From Callorhinchus milii (taxonomy: Eukaryota), in NCBI RefSeq assembly GCF_018977255.1, contig NW_024704742.1, forward strand, positions 110,672,001-110,736,000: DNA of 64,000 bases. Direction: 5' to 3'. The notes under the pieces were generated by a model. It saw only the letters and a program-made list of their open reading frames with translations, was not told where the DNA came from and did not search any database. A program made the position numbers and the translations under genes. Position 1 is the first letter of the stretch. Every line of letters starts with the position of its first letter. Positions 42,235 to 55,330 of this stretch are shown one piece after another.

Positions 42235-42520
42235 ATCAAATAGGGAAGTTAGAAGAAATTTCTTCTCACAGAGAGTAGTGGGAATGTGGAACATGCTTCC
42301 ACAAGGAGTTGTTGAGGCAAATGGCCTAGATGTATTTAAGGGGAAGCTAGATAGGTACATGAGGGAGAAAGGAAAAGAAGGTTATGCTTGAAGGCTTAGT
42401 TGAGGAAGGGCAGGAGGAGGTTTATGTGGAGCCTAAATACCAGCATAGATCAGTTGGGCCAAATGCCCTGTTTCTCTGCTGTATATTCTAATGTATTCTA
42501 ATGTATTCTAATAATATTCT
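42235..42520 (+). mobile_element. CR1 3' fragment with (AATGTATTCT)n end
   Basis: FFSQRVVGMWNMLP...FKGKLDRYM; gggccaaatgccctgtttctctgctgt. Confidence 0.85.
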
Positions 42521-44282
42521 CATTGTTGAACCTTTTCCAATGGTTAATTTTGAATTCCTGTTCAAAACTCATGTAGTAACATAAGCAGTCTATTATTAAC
42601 ACGGCTTTTGAAGCATTTTAGGAGACCTCTGTTGCTTAAAGGATAAGATGTTATTGAGAATGTGATAGGAAAACTGAAGTTCAAGGTGTGCTCTAACCCT
42701 ACAAAGTATAATAAACTACGACCACCCTTGACAACCTACCGCAGTCAGGAACTGGCTGGCATTGAGCTCAATCAAACCCGTATCAAAAGCTCCACTGAAC
42801 AACTGTAAGCAAATACAGACCCAGCTGTCAACAGAGCTATTCAGTCACTTGTTCACTGGAATTCAAAGCTTAATGTTTTCCAATGTCATATGATCCAGCC
42901 ATCGTCTAAGAATCGCTTACACTGCTCTCTCCAATGACCCAAATTATCGAAATTTATTATTAACAACAACCTGAATTATTCTATTGATGCAAAGCATGTA
43001 GGAACAGAATGTTCATTCTCATAATCTGCTCTTAGTATCTTATTTCAACAAAGGCAGCCTCTGTTTCCCCTTACGATGTATTGAATACTGAAGGAACTAG
43101 CAAACAGCACCTACAGAACCAGTTATCAACAAAGGCAAAACAGTATAGGAATGCAGAAACAATCACACATGTATAGCTGATGCACGGCTAGTTGTAGCTC
43201 TTATTTACCAATCTCAGTTTACATACATTTAGCTTGCTTTGTCAGAAAAGGATAGAATCCTAATAAGTAAACCTCAAGACAGAAATTAAAAGCTGCTACG
43301 TATGGTGTCAAAATGAGCAGATGTGTTAGGTATCTGCTAATATGAACTGGGACCAGGGATTTCTGAAACTTAAAAAGTAGAGAGAAAAAAATATTAGGAA
43401 ATAATGAGTGGTTACAAGCAAATGGGCAAGGGACTCGTTTCGGATTTAAAACCAAAAATGAAAAAGTAAGTACTGCTTTTCGTCAGTGAAGTGCAAAAAC
43501 AAATAAATGTTAGTGTCAGGATTTTCTAACTGGCATCTTTCCATGATAAATCCCACTCATGCAGAAAAGGATGAAATTCCGTCATCCGAGCATGACAGTT
43601 CAGAATTCAAACTTAATGAGAGCTTTGGCAGCTTCTGTCGAAGGCAGACAGTGATTAACAAAACACTTCAGAGTACAAGGCACAGCAGTGCTCAAAGAAA
43701 ACAGTGATGATCTCCGCTTAATCGCAGAAAAGCCCAAAGCATCTGCCAGCGGAGGACTGCTGGAGCCGCATGGAGCTATCGCTTGGATAGGCTGTCATCT
43801 CCTGAGATCAGCCACCATATGCTCATCTCAAGTACAAACTCCAAAGAAGTTAATTTTCTGACAAAGTACAGGGATAAATATGACATTCAAACAAGTGTGC
43901 TCACTCATCCTGAACAGGCATTGCAGCTTATTCATCTGCATGTGTCAGATTTATGCACTGTTTAAATACAAGCAAATATAATTTGTTTGTAACACAAACA
44001 TTACTGTGTAAGCACAGAGATAATTAATCTTTGTCCGCTCCACAGTTTTTGGCCTGCTTCTCTTTAAGCTGTACAATATCAGTATAAATCTAGACCCACT
44101 CCTGCTTGTTAGGGTAGTAGCAAATTGAGACAGTTGCCAATCCACATTTCTCTTTCACTGTCAAAGAAACTTTTCTTTATAGTGAAGTTTTAATTTTGTG
44201 TTTTGTTTTCCAGTTTTTAGGCTTTATTCTATTCAGTATTGCATCGTGTCATCTAGTTTCATTTCTCTGAGTTCCTTTAATT

Positions 44283-44630
44283 TCATAGAATCAAATAAAT
44301 TTACAGTGCAGAAGAGGTTATTCAGCTCATCGAGTTTGCATTAGCTCGCAGAGTAAGGTGTTCATTCAAACTCACTGCCCCTTCAAGCCTCTATCTTTCA
44401 TGGACCTGTCTACCTCCCTCTTGAAATCCACAGTGCACTCTGCCTCTACCATATTACTTGCTAGGGCATCAAACATCCCAACAACTCAATATAAAAAAAA
44501 TCTCCTAAACTCTTCTTTCACTCTTCTTGTGACTATCGTATGACTATATCCCCTCGTCACCGACTCCCCTACCAGTGGAAATAGCTTCTTCCTATTTACC
44601 CTATCAAAACCCCTTGGAATTCTATGTACC
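44283..44630 (-). mobile_element. CR1 3' fragment
   Basis: Reverse complement of the CR1 3' region seen at 8830-9190. Confidence 0.75.
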
Positions 44631-47039
44631 TTGTGTTAATTAATACTGGTGATCAGCTTCACATTGTTGAAAAATGATTCAAAGCTACATGGGCTAGCTT
44701 TGAGCACCATTGCAACTGAATCATGGCAGGGTGGGGGAGATGCAGGAGTCACACCTGTACTTCAACCCGTCAATGTCTTCAGTTAATGACAGGATATCAT
44801 TATCAATGATATGTTAATTAACACATCACAGGTCACAATTTTCAACCGATTATATCAGGAGATCATTGGAGGCCGAGCTGGCTTTGAGTGACTGAAATTA
44901 AATCTCAGTGCTGTAAATTAAAGTGTTATGATACGGCCTCCTCCAGTTTGCTAACTTCAATTAATAATGCATGATTGGAGTACGAAGGACAATGGTAGCT
45001 TTACAGTAGTGTAATGTTGTTGTGGTGATAATAATCTTTGTATTTGATATGATACCTTTCACTTGTTTGCATCTTTCACTTTCTTTTGTCCACCATCAAC
45101 AGTTCCCTAGTCTTTCTTTTCATTCTATTGTCCTGTAATTCCCATCTAAGGACTCTAATCCAGGGACCTCCTGGTTTTAACCCATTCAGAACAATAGATT
45201 CATACACCACAAGGCAACAGGACAAGAAAGACAGCTTCATGATATAAATTTCAGGATTAACACTAGTAAGTATTTCTTTACGCAGAGGGTAATTAACAAC
45301 TGCAATACGTTACCAGAAAGGCCAGTTAAGGCCACAATGCTGCATTGATTTGAGAAACAGCTTGACACTAATGGGAAGACAATAGGGTTGGTAATTTGGA
45401 AGAACATAGATCAAAACAGCCAACAACAGCAACAGGAATAATTAGAATTTATATAGCGCCCTTCACATAAGTAGCATCTCAGAGAGCTTAACAGCTGTGT
45501 GGCTTGATACCGACATGGAAAGAGAGTGGAGGTGACTGAAGCCACTGTTGATGAGTAAGGTCAAAGTGCTTCATCCAAACCTCCTTTTTGATCCAGTGAC
45601 TCTCCATCTCCTGAGATTACATTTTCCACTGGCCGGTAAAGTTATTAACATGGATCATGTGACCATACTGGTGAACCTGGGCTCAAAATAATACTTACAT
45701 TTGGTATAGTGCCTTTCACATCACATTCCAAAGCATTTCCCAAGATATACTGTAAAGTTTAGTGATTATGTTTTTTGGGTGAACGTACACAGTCACTACA
45801 CTTTACAAACACTTGTGTTCTTGTGATGTGAAAGGCCCTATTTCAAATGAAAGTATTATATACTCAGCAACTTTACCGAATAGTAGAATTTTGCCTCTTT
45901 ATTTTATTGGTAAAACGGACAAAATTACGAGCGAAAAGTTATCCTCTGTCCTCTGAGGTACATTCAATGGTACCTTATAAAATGCTGTCTGGAAATCCAG
46001 AGATACATTAATTGCAGTCACATTACCTATAGATTCAGTGATTTTCTAAAAATAATCACTAAAATTAGTCAGGCAGTCCCTGCCCTTTACAAATCCATGC
46101 AGCATCTCCAAGATCATCCCTTCCTTCTAGGTAATCACAAATTTTAACACGTTAGGATCCATTCTTGTAAGGTTAGAGTAAGGAGCCTTGGATGAAGAAT
46201 ATAGATCCGAGTCATTAATAAACAGAAGTTTACAATATCCAAGTTCAGTGCTTGTAAACAGATTTGCTAATTTTGAAACTCAGGGCCCAGCGACTTTGGT
46301 GAACATGCTTCAAAGGTTAAAAAGCTTTTTAAAATTATTTGCATTCAGAACAGAACTTATTTCAGTCCATAATCTTTACATAATACACTTTAAGGACAGG
46401 AAAAAAATGTCAATCTAATTTGCACAAATTAAGCCAGCAATGGAAAGAACTTTCACAAACCTCTCAGTGAAACCTGCCGGGATAGCAGTTTGTGGAGAGT
46501 AATGGAGCATAATGGAGAACGCTGTCAAAATGTCATAAGAAGTAAGGCCGTGGGATGAAAAATTAAAAGATCAATTTCTAAAATACACAACATGGCTATT
46601 TTTGTAACTATTAAACTTTTGAGTCTTTACTAGCACTAATATTGGATCACAAGACCACTACAAATGAACAAACTTCATCGATTCATTTCATTTCAACCTT
46701 CCTACCCAACAACAACAACAACAACTTCCATTAATATAGCGCCCTTCACACGGGGTATCGTCCAGGAAACTGTTAACCAGCATTTAGTGCATGATGTGCC
46801 TGACCTGGGAATATTTGCCAATGAACATGGAGCAAGAAATGGGAGAGTTACCTCATAATATCACTCAATTTTATGAATATAAAAGTTGTCCCTACTCTTT
46901 AATATTTCTACATACATCTTGTTATTTCCCCAGATCAATTACAAGAGAACATCTGTTCTCTCCAGCTGTGCTGGAGCAGACGAATGGCCTTCTCTGGTTT
47001 CCAATTTCCTATGTTCCTTACAAACAAACAACAAAATAA

Positions 47040-47435
47040 ACAAAAAATATATTTATATTACGCCTTTCACATCAGAAGGACAGAGTGGCTGAAGGCCCAC
47101 CCGCCAATGGTGTGGCGGGCGAGGCGGGGGATGTGAAGCAGGCTAGAGCCCGCTGAGTGGAGGGAGTGAACAGGTTGGTAAGGGGTTAGGATGTCGCAGA
47201 GGAAGGGGGGAGCAAGGCCGTGGAGGGCTTTGAAAGTGAGGACCAGAATCTTGAACTGTATCTTCTGTGTGATGAGAAGCTAGTGGGGTCAGGCGAGGAT
47301 GGGGGTGATAGGGTTGTGGAGCCTGGTGCAGGAGAGGACACAGGCTGCAGAGTTCTGGATGATCTGCAGCCTATGGAGGGAGGAGTTAGGGAGGCCAACA
47401 AGCAGGAAGTTTGCATAGTCGAGCCTGGATGTTAT
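47040..47435 (-). mobile_element. L2 LINE fragment
   Basis: Homologous to 24550-24900 (ITSRLDYANFLL...QIIQNSAA). Confidence 0.88.
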
Positions 47436-48057
47436 GAATAGCAACTCATCTGACATTTAATCCGGTTTCCTGCAATAAAGTAAATCCAATGTTCCAAAGT
47501 ACCACAACTCTACTCTATACCCACATTCTTGGTATATTCTTTCTGATCAGAGAATGATGAGGTGCGACTTAACACAATCAAATGGCAAGGTTTTGTGAAT
47601 CTATGTATACCCTGCGAGACTTAAAGCTTGAGTAACAATCTCTTGACCCAGTCTATTCATTATTAGTGTATAAAAACTTTACTTTTCTGAACATATTTCA
47701 ATTTTTCTTGCAGTGAAAATTGAGAGTGATAATGAGATTAAACGATTTTTTATTATTTTCCCCAAATGTCCAAAAAGATTTTCTCTTATGAACACATATC
47801 AGAGTTTTTTTTAAAAAAAAGCAGTTTGTGATATAAGATTATCACGTCACATATTGCATTCTTCACTCCATTCTATACACCAAAGTGTAGCAGATTTTAA
47901 TTGATTACAGCATGATGGCCATCTTTAAATATATGAGATGTTTAAGCAGATGCAGTGTCTTTTCAAGAGTAAAATGCTGACATCGATGCTAACAGAAGAG
48001 TGAAATATAAATACTAGTTAATTGTTGGGTAAGAAGTGGTGAGGTGTAAATAGCTAC

Positions 48058-48277
48058 CTGATTCCCTTTGTAGGTCTCCTTACAGAAGTCATAGCCTAAC
48101 TGAGTGTAGAAGTTGTTCCCGAAGCTATAACAATGTCCTGATTTAGTCCAGATGAAGGAGTGACGGCTCCCGCAGGCCACACCTGCTATTGGGATGTCAT
48201 GCAGGTTATCATCAGGATTCGGAGGCAAAAACACTTCCACAGGGTTCAGCTTCACTGTCTTTTCTCCACAGCCGAGC
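48058..48277 (-). CDS. Internal coding exon (220 nt) of an RCC1-repeat (RCC1-like beta-propeller) protein gene
   Basis: Translates as (Q)LGCGEKTVKLNPVEVFLPPNPDDNLHDIPIAGVACGSRHSFIWTKSGHCYSFGNNFYTQLGYDFCKETYKGNQ. This matches the RCC1 repeat pattern (I..VACG..HS.......G..YSFG.N...QLG). It is bounded by a pyrimidine tract plus AG (ccctgag|G) and a CAG|gtagct donor, phase 2 in and phase 0 out. Confidence 0.9.
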
Positions 48278-49055
48278 CTCAGGGAACACAAGGGATAGAT
48301 ACAAGTCACAAGATATTGGTCTTCTCCAGGTGTAATAAATGCTACAACTCATTAGTTAGGCATAAAATAAATGGATCATTTCAAACTAATTTAAATTAAA
48401 CATTTTATTTGATGCATTTGGAAAGCTTATGTAAACATTGCAGACACTTATAGACTCTGAAGCCCTTCCAAAGTGAATAAAACACTCTCATCTCAAGCAC
48501 AACAGAGCTGTGGTGTCATATATTGATGTCTTAACCCTCACTGTCTTTTGGGGATGCCAGGTGGTTAGCAGGTAAATCCCTTCACTTTCTGAAATGCACA
48601 ATTGTTCAGGAGAAGGGGATAGATATCAATGCTTTACAGTTCTATTACAAAAACGATTGGATTTATTGGATTTAATAAACTGGATTTAATACTGAATTAG
48701 TTACAATCATTCAGCATTGTTCATCTTTATAAGTAAGAAAACACCTGAGAACTTGTTTTTTGCCATCACAAAAGCCTCCTTTGGCTAATAATTTGCTGAA
48801 ATGAGAGAGCTGAGCTGATATTGTATTTGTGTAGCGCCTTTCACGTCGGGAGGACGTCCCAAGGCGCTGGACAGTCAGGGATATGGACTTGTAAGAATAC
48901 CTATAATTACATTACTCTAATGCCAGGAATGTTTCCCACTAGGAATTTAACCACAAATCACCCAATTGGGTAAATATGAGATTTTATAAGCATTGATATG
49001 ATAATTAACCCGATTCAATAATGATTGTTAATTATCACATTATTATAGTTGAAAG

Positions 49056-49472
49056 CCTGGCTCAGTTGATAGCACTCTCATCTATGAGTCAGAAGTCACG
49101 TCAAGACTTTGAATTCATAGTCCAGGCTGACACTTCAATCCAGTACTAGGGCTGCGAGGCATTGTCAGAAGTGCCAACTTTCAGATTTGCCATTAAATCG
49201 AGGTCTTGTTTGTCTGTTTAGTTGGATGTTAAAATCCCATGTCACCATTCAAAAAGAGAAGGGAGTTTTCTCCCAGTGTCCTGGCCTGCATTTCCCTAAA
49301 TAGAATGGGTCACTCATTTCATGGCTGTTTGTAAGATATTGCTACGGGCACATTGGCTGCTTAATTTGCCTGTGCAAAAACATAGCCTCTACACTTCAAG
49401 TATAATCTAGTGAAGCACTTTGAGACGCCTTAACAATGTGATAAGCCACAATATTAAATGCAAGGATGATTA
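49056..49472 (+). mobile_element. Deu-domain SINE, near full length
   Basis: Head gcctggctcagttgatagcactctc, Deu-like core and L2-type tail. Confidence 0.75.
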
Positions 49473-51121
49473 TAAGGGTGGAATTTGCGACCGTTCCTTG
49501 ATTGGTGGCAGCACACTCCTCTCACAAAGGTTTTTCCTACCAACTTCTGCCTGAGATTGATTTTATCATCTTTGTGTTTTTAACTGTAAACTGCTGGAGC
49601 AGCTTTAAATTATTTCTAACATTTATTTTCTAGCCATGATTCAGTCAAGTGAAATTCCTACTTCCCTAACCTTGAAATGACAGGCAGCACAGTTATTGTA
49701 AATATAGTTTATGTAGATATGCTATGTTACAGTATAATATTGCTTGAGGTTAGTGCAACTATGATCTGTATCTATACTTAACAGATCTGTGCCTTCAGAC
49801 TTTATTTTGGTCATTCACTTCATGGTTGTTTGTGGGACACTTCTGTGCTATTTGGTAGCTGTATTCGCCCACAAAAAAACTCACAAAGTCACACCACTTT
49901 GCAAACTATTCTGCTAAGCACTTTGGGGCATCCTCTTGATGTGAAAGGCGCTATACCAAATGTAAGGATTATTATCATTATCAATTTTAAATGTCTCAGA
50001 AATGTTTTGGGAATAATATTGAATTTGGGTGAAAATGGGGAAAGAAATTAACAATCCACTTTCGGACGAAAAGTGTGAAGATAATGAATGTTTCTCCAGA
50101 GTGAAAATCATTTACAAAAAAAGGAATCATTTTAAATTTGGGAATTTAGAAAAATTAAGGACTTGAACCATGTTTCTCAAGTCTGCTAAAGATTGGGTTA
50201 TATTTGACTCAGTAATATGAGGAAACCTAATTTCTAATTAACATTGCATCTGTATATGTATTTAATTAGCCTAACTCAAAGATGATCCCTAATATCGGAA
50301 GTTATATATTTTATGTTGTTAAAGATATGTCAAGCTCCAGGAAGTGCAGCATAAAAAATCCATGAACAGTGCGTTTGTGAATACATTCTGTTCAGAAATA
50401 GAAACAGGCCAAGCAAAGACAGAATAAAAGATTCTGAAACAGTAAAGCAACATTAAAAGCAATTCCAATTCAGAAATTCTATCGTTGGTGTGATACCTAA
50501 CTGGCTTACTGGATAGATTTCTGGGGGTGGGGGTGGGCAGGGGTTGGGGGCGGGGGAGAGATTATAGCCAACTGGCAACGTTGCTTGTATCTGTTGTGGT
50601 TTTAATCTTTCACAAATCCCATTCCCCCAGGATGTAGAAATTCAAGTACAACAAGCAGGTAGGTGGACAAGGGCACTTGAACTGCAGCAGAAAACCTAGC
50701 TATCAGCTTCTATGGCCACATAATCCTCTTGCTCACAGCAGGGATAGCACAGGGGCAGGTCAGGGAAACAAGCCACTGTACTATGCTATACAATGAAAGG
50801 TAGCAGCTGGCCCAAGCATAATCAATTGCTAACAGCTTTCAGTGGGCACCTACAGCTTCTGCTCTACTTGTAGTCAGCTTTGGCTACATTTTCACAACTG
50901 ATGTGGGCCTAGGAAATAATGCACAATTTAGCACTCATGACTAACTTCCTGGAATCCAGCTATATGTTTCACTGTACAGCAGTTCAGTATCTTCCAGGAG
51001 TTCAACACTGTAACAGTGAAAGAGATTAACTGGCACATCGGCCTTGTTAAACTCAAGCTACTAAGCCGTTCACCTATTGCACTACTATATAAATACTGCA
51101 GTGAGAAAAGTAAAAAGCTTG

Positions 51122-53400
51122 AACAACAACTTGCATTTATAGAGTGCCCTTCATACAGGATAGTGTTTTGGAGCACTGCACTGTGGATGCTGAGCAAGGG
51201 AGAGGGGGAGGTGGCCATAGGCACGGCCAAAGACGTAATGTTCTTAAGGTGGGATTTAAAGGTAGATAAAAAGGGTGCAAGGCAGAGGGATTGAGGCAGG
51301 GAGTTCCAGCTGTTAGGGGAGTAGCAGCTGAAGGCACGCAACAACAACTTGCATTTATATAGCTCCTTTCACATGGGGTAACGTCCCAGAACGCTTGATA
51401 GTGGCGGAGTCTGACATCGAGCCACCGAGTCAAACAAGCTGACAGAACATCAATGGATTAGGAGTCGCAGTTGGAGGAGGAGAAGTAGATTTGGGTGTTA
51501 TCCGCATGCAAGTACAGCAACAAAATTACATTTTTTGTAGCACCTTTCATGGATATTCTGAATGTGTGTATGAGTGTCTCAACGGCCTGTGGTATGAGAC
51601 TGTGGCGGAGCTGAGCAATGTTGTGCAGGTGAGGGAGGGCAGAGCGTGTCATGGTATGGATTTGGGTTGAAAGGATAGTTGAGGGTCAAACAAGATTCCA
51701 AGGTTCCAGACTGGTTCAGTGAGGTGGAGTGTGCATCCTTGGATGGTGATTATGTCATTGTCTGAGACGTGGAGACACTGCCAAGAGCCAATCAGGAGGG
51801 CATCGATGATGGTGAGGGGCTAGAGGAGAACCATTTGTGGAGATGAAGTGAAAACAGTGTAGAGGTAGGATCTGAACCATTCAAGGACAGAACCACGAAG
51901 GTTGAATTCAGAGGAGAGGTGGTAGAGGAGGACAGAGCAATCAACGGTATCGAAGGCAGCAGAGATGTCAAGGAGGTCGAGGAGGCAGAGGGAGCCCTGT
52001 TTGCAGATGAATAAAATATCATTTGTCACTTTGACCAAAGCTATTTCTGTGCTGTGGGCAGCTTGGAAACCTGATTGGAGGGGTTCATGAAGGGAGTGAT
52101 GGGAGGGGAAGAAGCAAAGCTGGGAAGCAATAACTCATTCCAGGATCTTGGAAAGGAAAGGGAGCTTGAAGATGGGGTGGTAATTTGAGAGCAGAGATGG
52201 GTCCAGGGAGGGTTTTTTAAGGATAAGGAGTGATGATGGCCTTTTTTAAAGGAGTGGGAATTGTGCCAGTGGACAGGGAGTGGTTCATGATGTCTGTGAG
52301 TAGGGGGGGCAAGGAGGTGGAGCTGGGATGTAAGGAGAGGGGGAGGGATGGTGTCAAGGGAGCAGGTGGTCAGTTTCATGTCAGTTATAGTGGTGGTAAG
52401 AGAGGAGGGGTTTCGAAGGTGTGGAGGGAGGAATATGTAGAGGCCGGGGTGTGAGGGGGAGATGGGGAAGGGGTAGTAGGTAGACGTGACATAACATAAC
52501 AACATAACATGTAGAAGCAGGAGTAGGACATTCGGCCCTTCGAGCCTGCCCCGCCATTCAATCATGGCTGATCTTCTAATCTAACTCCAGCCAATAACCT
52601 GACCCTGCCTTATCCCCATATCCCTTAATCCCTTTTGCAATAAGAAATCTATCTCAGTCTTAAATATGTTCAAGGATATCTCCGTCTTGAATATGTTCAA
52701 GGATATCTCAGTCTTGAATATGTAGACAGACTGTAGATAAAAAGGCAGAGGCAACTGAGTGGATCCCCATGATGTTGGCTTTGAGGAAGTCCATCATCTC
52801 CTCACAGTTGGCATTGGAGGAGAGGACGCATGAGGCATGAGAGGGTGGGCTGAGGAGCCGGTTGGTGAAGGAGAAGAAGAACCTGGGTTGTCCTTGGCCT
52901 CCAAGACTGTCTTGGAGTAGAAGGATGATTTAGCAGAGGCGAGGGTGGAGTGGTACGATTTGATAAAGTCCAGCCAGATCTTCCAATGTACCATTAAATT
53001 AGATTGAGCCAAGGGTGTTCAGCAGCACACACCTGTGCCTTGAGGGAGAAGAGGTGGCTGGTGTATAAGGGTGACTTCCATGAGTAGGAAGTGGTTCAGG
53101 ACGTATGGGGAGCAAGGGCATCGAGATTGGTAAAGGGGGAGTTGTGGAGGAGAGTGACCGAAGAGAATAGGTCATTGCAGGAGGAATCCCAGAGGGGGAG
53201 GAGTTGAGATGACTCGAAGGTAGTGGAGAGGGAATGGCTGGAGATTTTATTCCAGGGGCAATAGGAGATGGACATGGGTAGGTGACAGTGGGGAGAGGGA
53301 TTGCGGAGTTAGGGGAGATGAAGTAATGGTCCGAGATGGCTCTGTCAGTGATGGTGAGGTCCAAGACGGTGAGGCCCCGGGTGATCACCATCAGCTCAAG
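51122..53400 (-). mobile_element. Rearranged L2 LINE (endonuclease end, RT, 3' tails), interrupted by a CR1 3' end
   Basis: ITDRAISDHYFIS (endonuclease end), TTCSLDTIP and VKVTNDIL...LLDISAAFDTVD (RT). Several L2 tails lie at 51122-51430. Confidence 0.88.
52490..52725 (-). mobile_element. CR1 3' end inserted in L2, with a ~27-bp tandem repeat at its 5' junction
   Basis: Reverse complement gctcgaagggccgaatgtcctactcctgcttctacatgttatg. The unit atatctc(a/c)gtcttgaatatgttcaagg is repeated across about 52650-52722. Confidence 0.8.
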
Positions 53401-53429
53401 CAACTTCACACCTGACATAGAAAAGAATG

Positions 53430-55330
53430 CAGTCAAGGATGGAGTGTTGGGGTACCCTGCAAGTGACCCAGCGGGGGCGGCAGGGAAAACCATTTGCCAA
53501 GATAAAGTGGAGGCGATTGGTTAAGTAGGACTCGAGCCGTGTGAGTGCGGTTCCACTAAGGTAGATGAGAGAGCAGAGACAGTGGAGGAGGATATCATTA
53601 TTGACTATATTGAACGCAGCAGAGAGATCAAGGAGAATGAGGCGTCAGTGGGAGCTCTAGTCACAGAGAGAGAGAAAACGTCATTTGTTATTTTGGCGAG
53701 CGCTGTCTCTGTGCTGTGGGCTGGGTGAAAACTGGACTGGAGTGGTTCAAGTAGAGAATTGAGGGAGATGTGTGAGTGAAGTTTATTTGCAATGATGTGT
53801 TCTAAAACTTTGGCCAGGAAGGGCAGTTTTGAGATGGGTCTGAAGATTATGAGGTTGGAGGGATTGAGGGTAGATTTTTTTAAGGAAAGGAGTGATGACA
53901 GCGGTTTTGAGTGAGGGAACTGGTTGATTGTGTCAGCCAGCAGTGGGCAGAGGACGGGTAGTTGAGTTACCACTAACTGGGTGGGGAGGTGGTCGAGGCA
54001 GCAGGTGATGGGCTTCATCTAGGTGATGGTGGGAAAAGGGAGGGGTATAGATGGGGGCAAAGAAATTTAGGATGGGGGCCGTGGTAGGAGCTGTGGTAGG
54101 AGGAGCGGGTGATTAAAGAGCCATGGGGAGGTGGGAACAGGGAGAGGTGGCATGGCGGGGAGGAGGATGCAGGCAAATGTTATCTATCTTTGAAATGAAG
54201 AAGTCCAGGACCTCTTCGCACTTGGTATCTAAAGTGAGGATTCAGGGTGCTTGAGAAGGTCGTGTAGGAGGTTGTGGGTGGTAGAGAACATATTTTGGGA
54301 TTGTTTTTGACCTCAAAAATGACCTGTAAGTAGAAAGCGGTTTTGCCTTGAGAGAAGCGTTGGTGTGAAGATGCTCAAGCTGGTGGTTTTGTGCCATTTT
54401 CGCTTGAGCAATCAGGTTTGGGATTTGAAGGAGCTGAAGTCACTGTTGTACCAGTGGGAGTGGGTAAGCTTGGAGATGGACCTGTTTTTTAGGGGGATAA
54501 GGGAATTGAATGTTGAGGAGAGGTAATTGTTTAGCAGCTCGACTGCTGCATCTGGATCACTGTGGGTGGAAGACCAGAGGGAGAGAAGGTCAGAGGATGA
54601 AAGGGAAATTATGAGGGAATCGAGAGAAGCTTTTTCTATGGGCAGAAAAAGATGGTGGAAGGCTTGGAGGAGGGGAGGTTGATATGAGAGGAGAGGGAGA
54701 TGAGGAAGTGGTCTGAGATGGCCTTGCCTGTGATGGACAGATCAGTGATATCTAGGCCATGGGTGATGCCGAGGTCAAGGGGATGACCACAGTTGTGGGT
54801 CAGGGAGTTTATGTGGAGGGTGAGGTTTAGGGTGGAGAGAATGACGGTGAAGTCAGAGGAAATTGGGCAGGGGGATTTGAGATGAAGGTTGAAATCGCCC
54901 ATTATGAGCAGGCGCTTTCCGCAGAGGGTTAGGGATGAGAGGAGAGAGGAGATATCCCCGAGGAAGGAGCCAGGAGGTTTGGGGGTGGTAGAATAGGAGA
55001 ATTTTGAAGCAGAAAGAGGAGGGACAGTAGAGAGTGAGGTGCTCAAAAGATCGAGAACAGCCAGAGGAATTGGGAGAGAGACCAAGGGAAGTTTTGGAGA
55101 TGAAAGCCTCCCCATCACCGCATTGGTTAGGGTAAGGAGTGTGTTGAAAAGTGTACCCAGATGGGGAGGCTTTGACGATAAGGATGTGGTCACCGGGGAA
55201 CAGCCAGTTGTCCCTGAGCCAAAGAATGTCTAATTGCTTGTCCAGGATGAGGTCATGGATTATAAGAGCTTTATTTGAGAGGGAGTGGACAATTGTTAAA
55301 TATGAGGTGGGAGGGTTGGGAAGGAAGTGG
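53430..55330 (-). mobile_element. L2 LINE 5'/central part (APE endonuclease and RT N-terminus)
   Basis: LIMGDFNLH...THNCGHPLDL...ISDHFLIS (APE endonuclease) and FRPISKLPFLAKVLEHII...QSSFHPAHSTETAL (RT). Confidence 0.92.
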
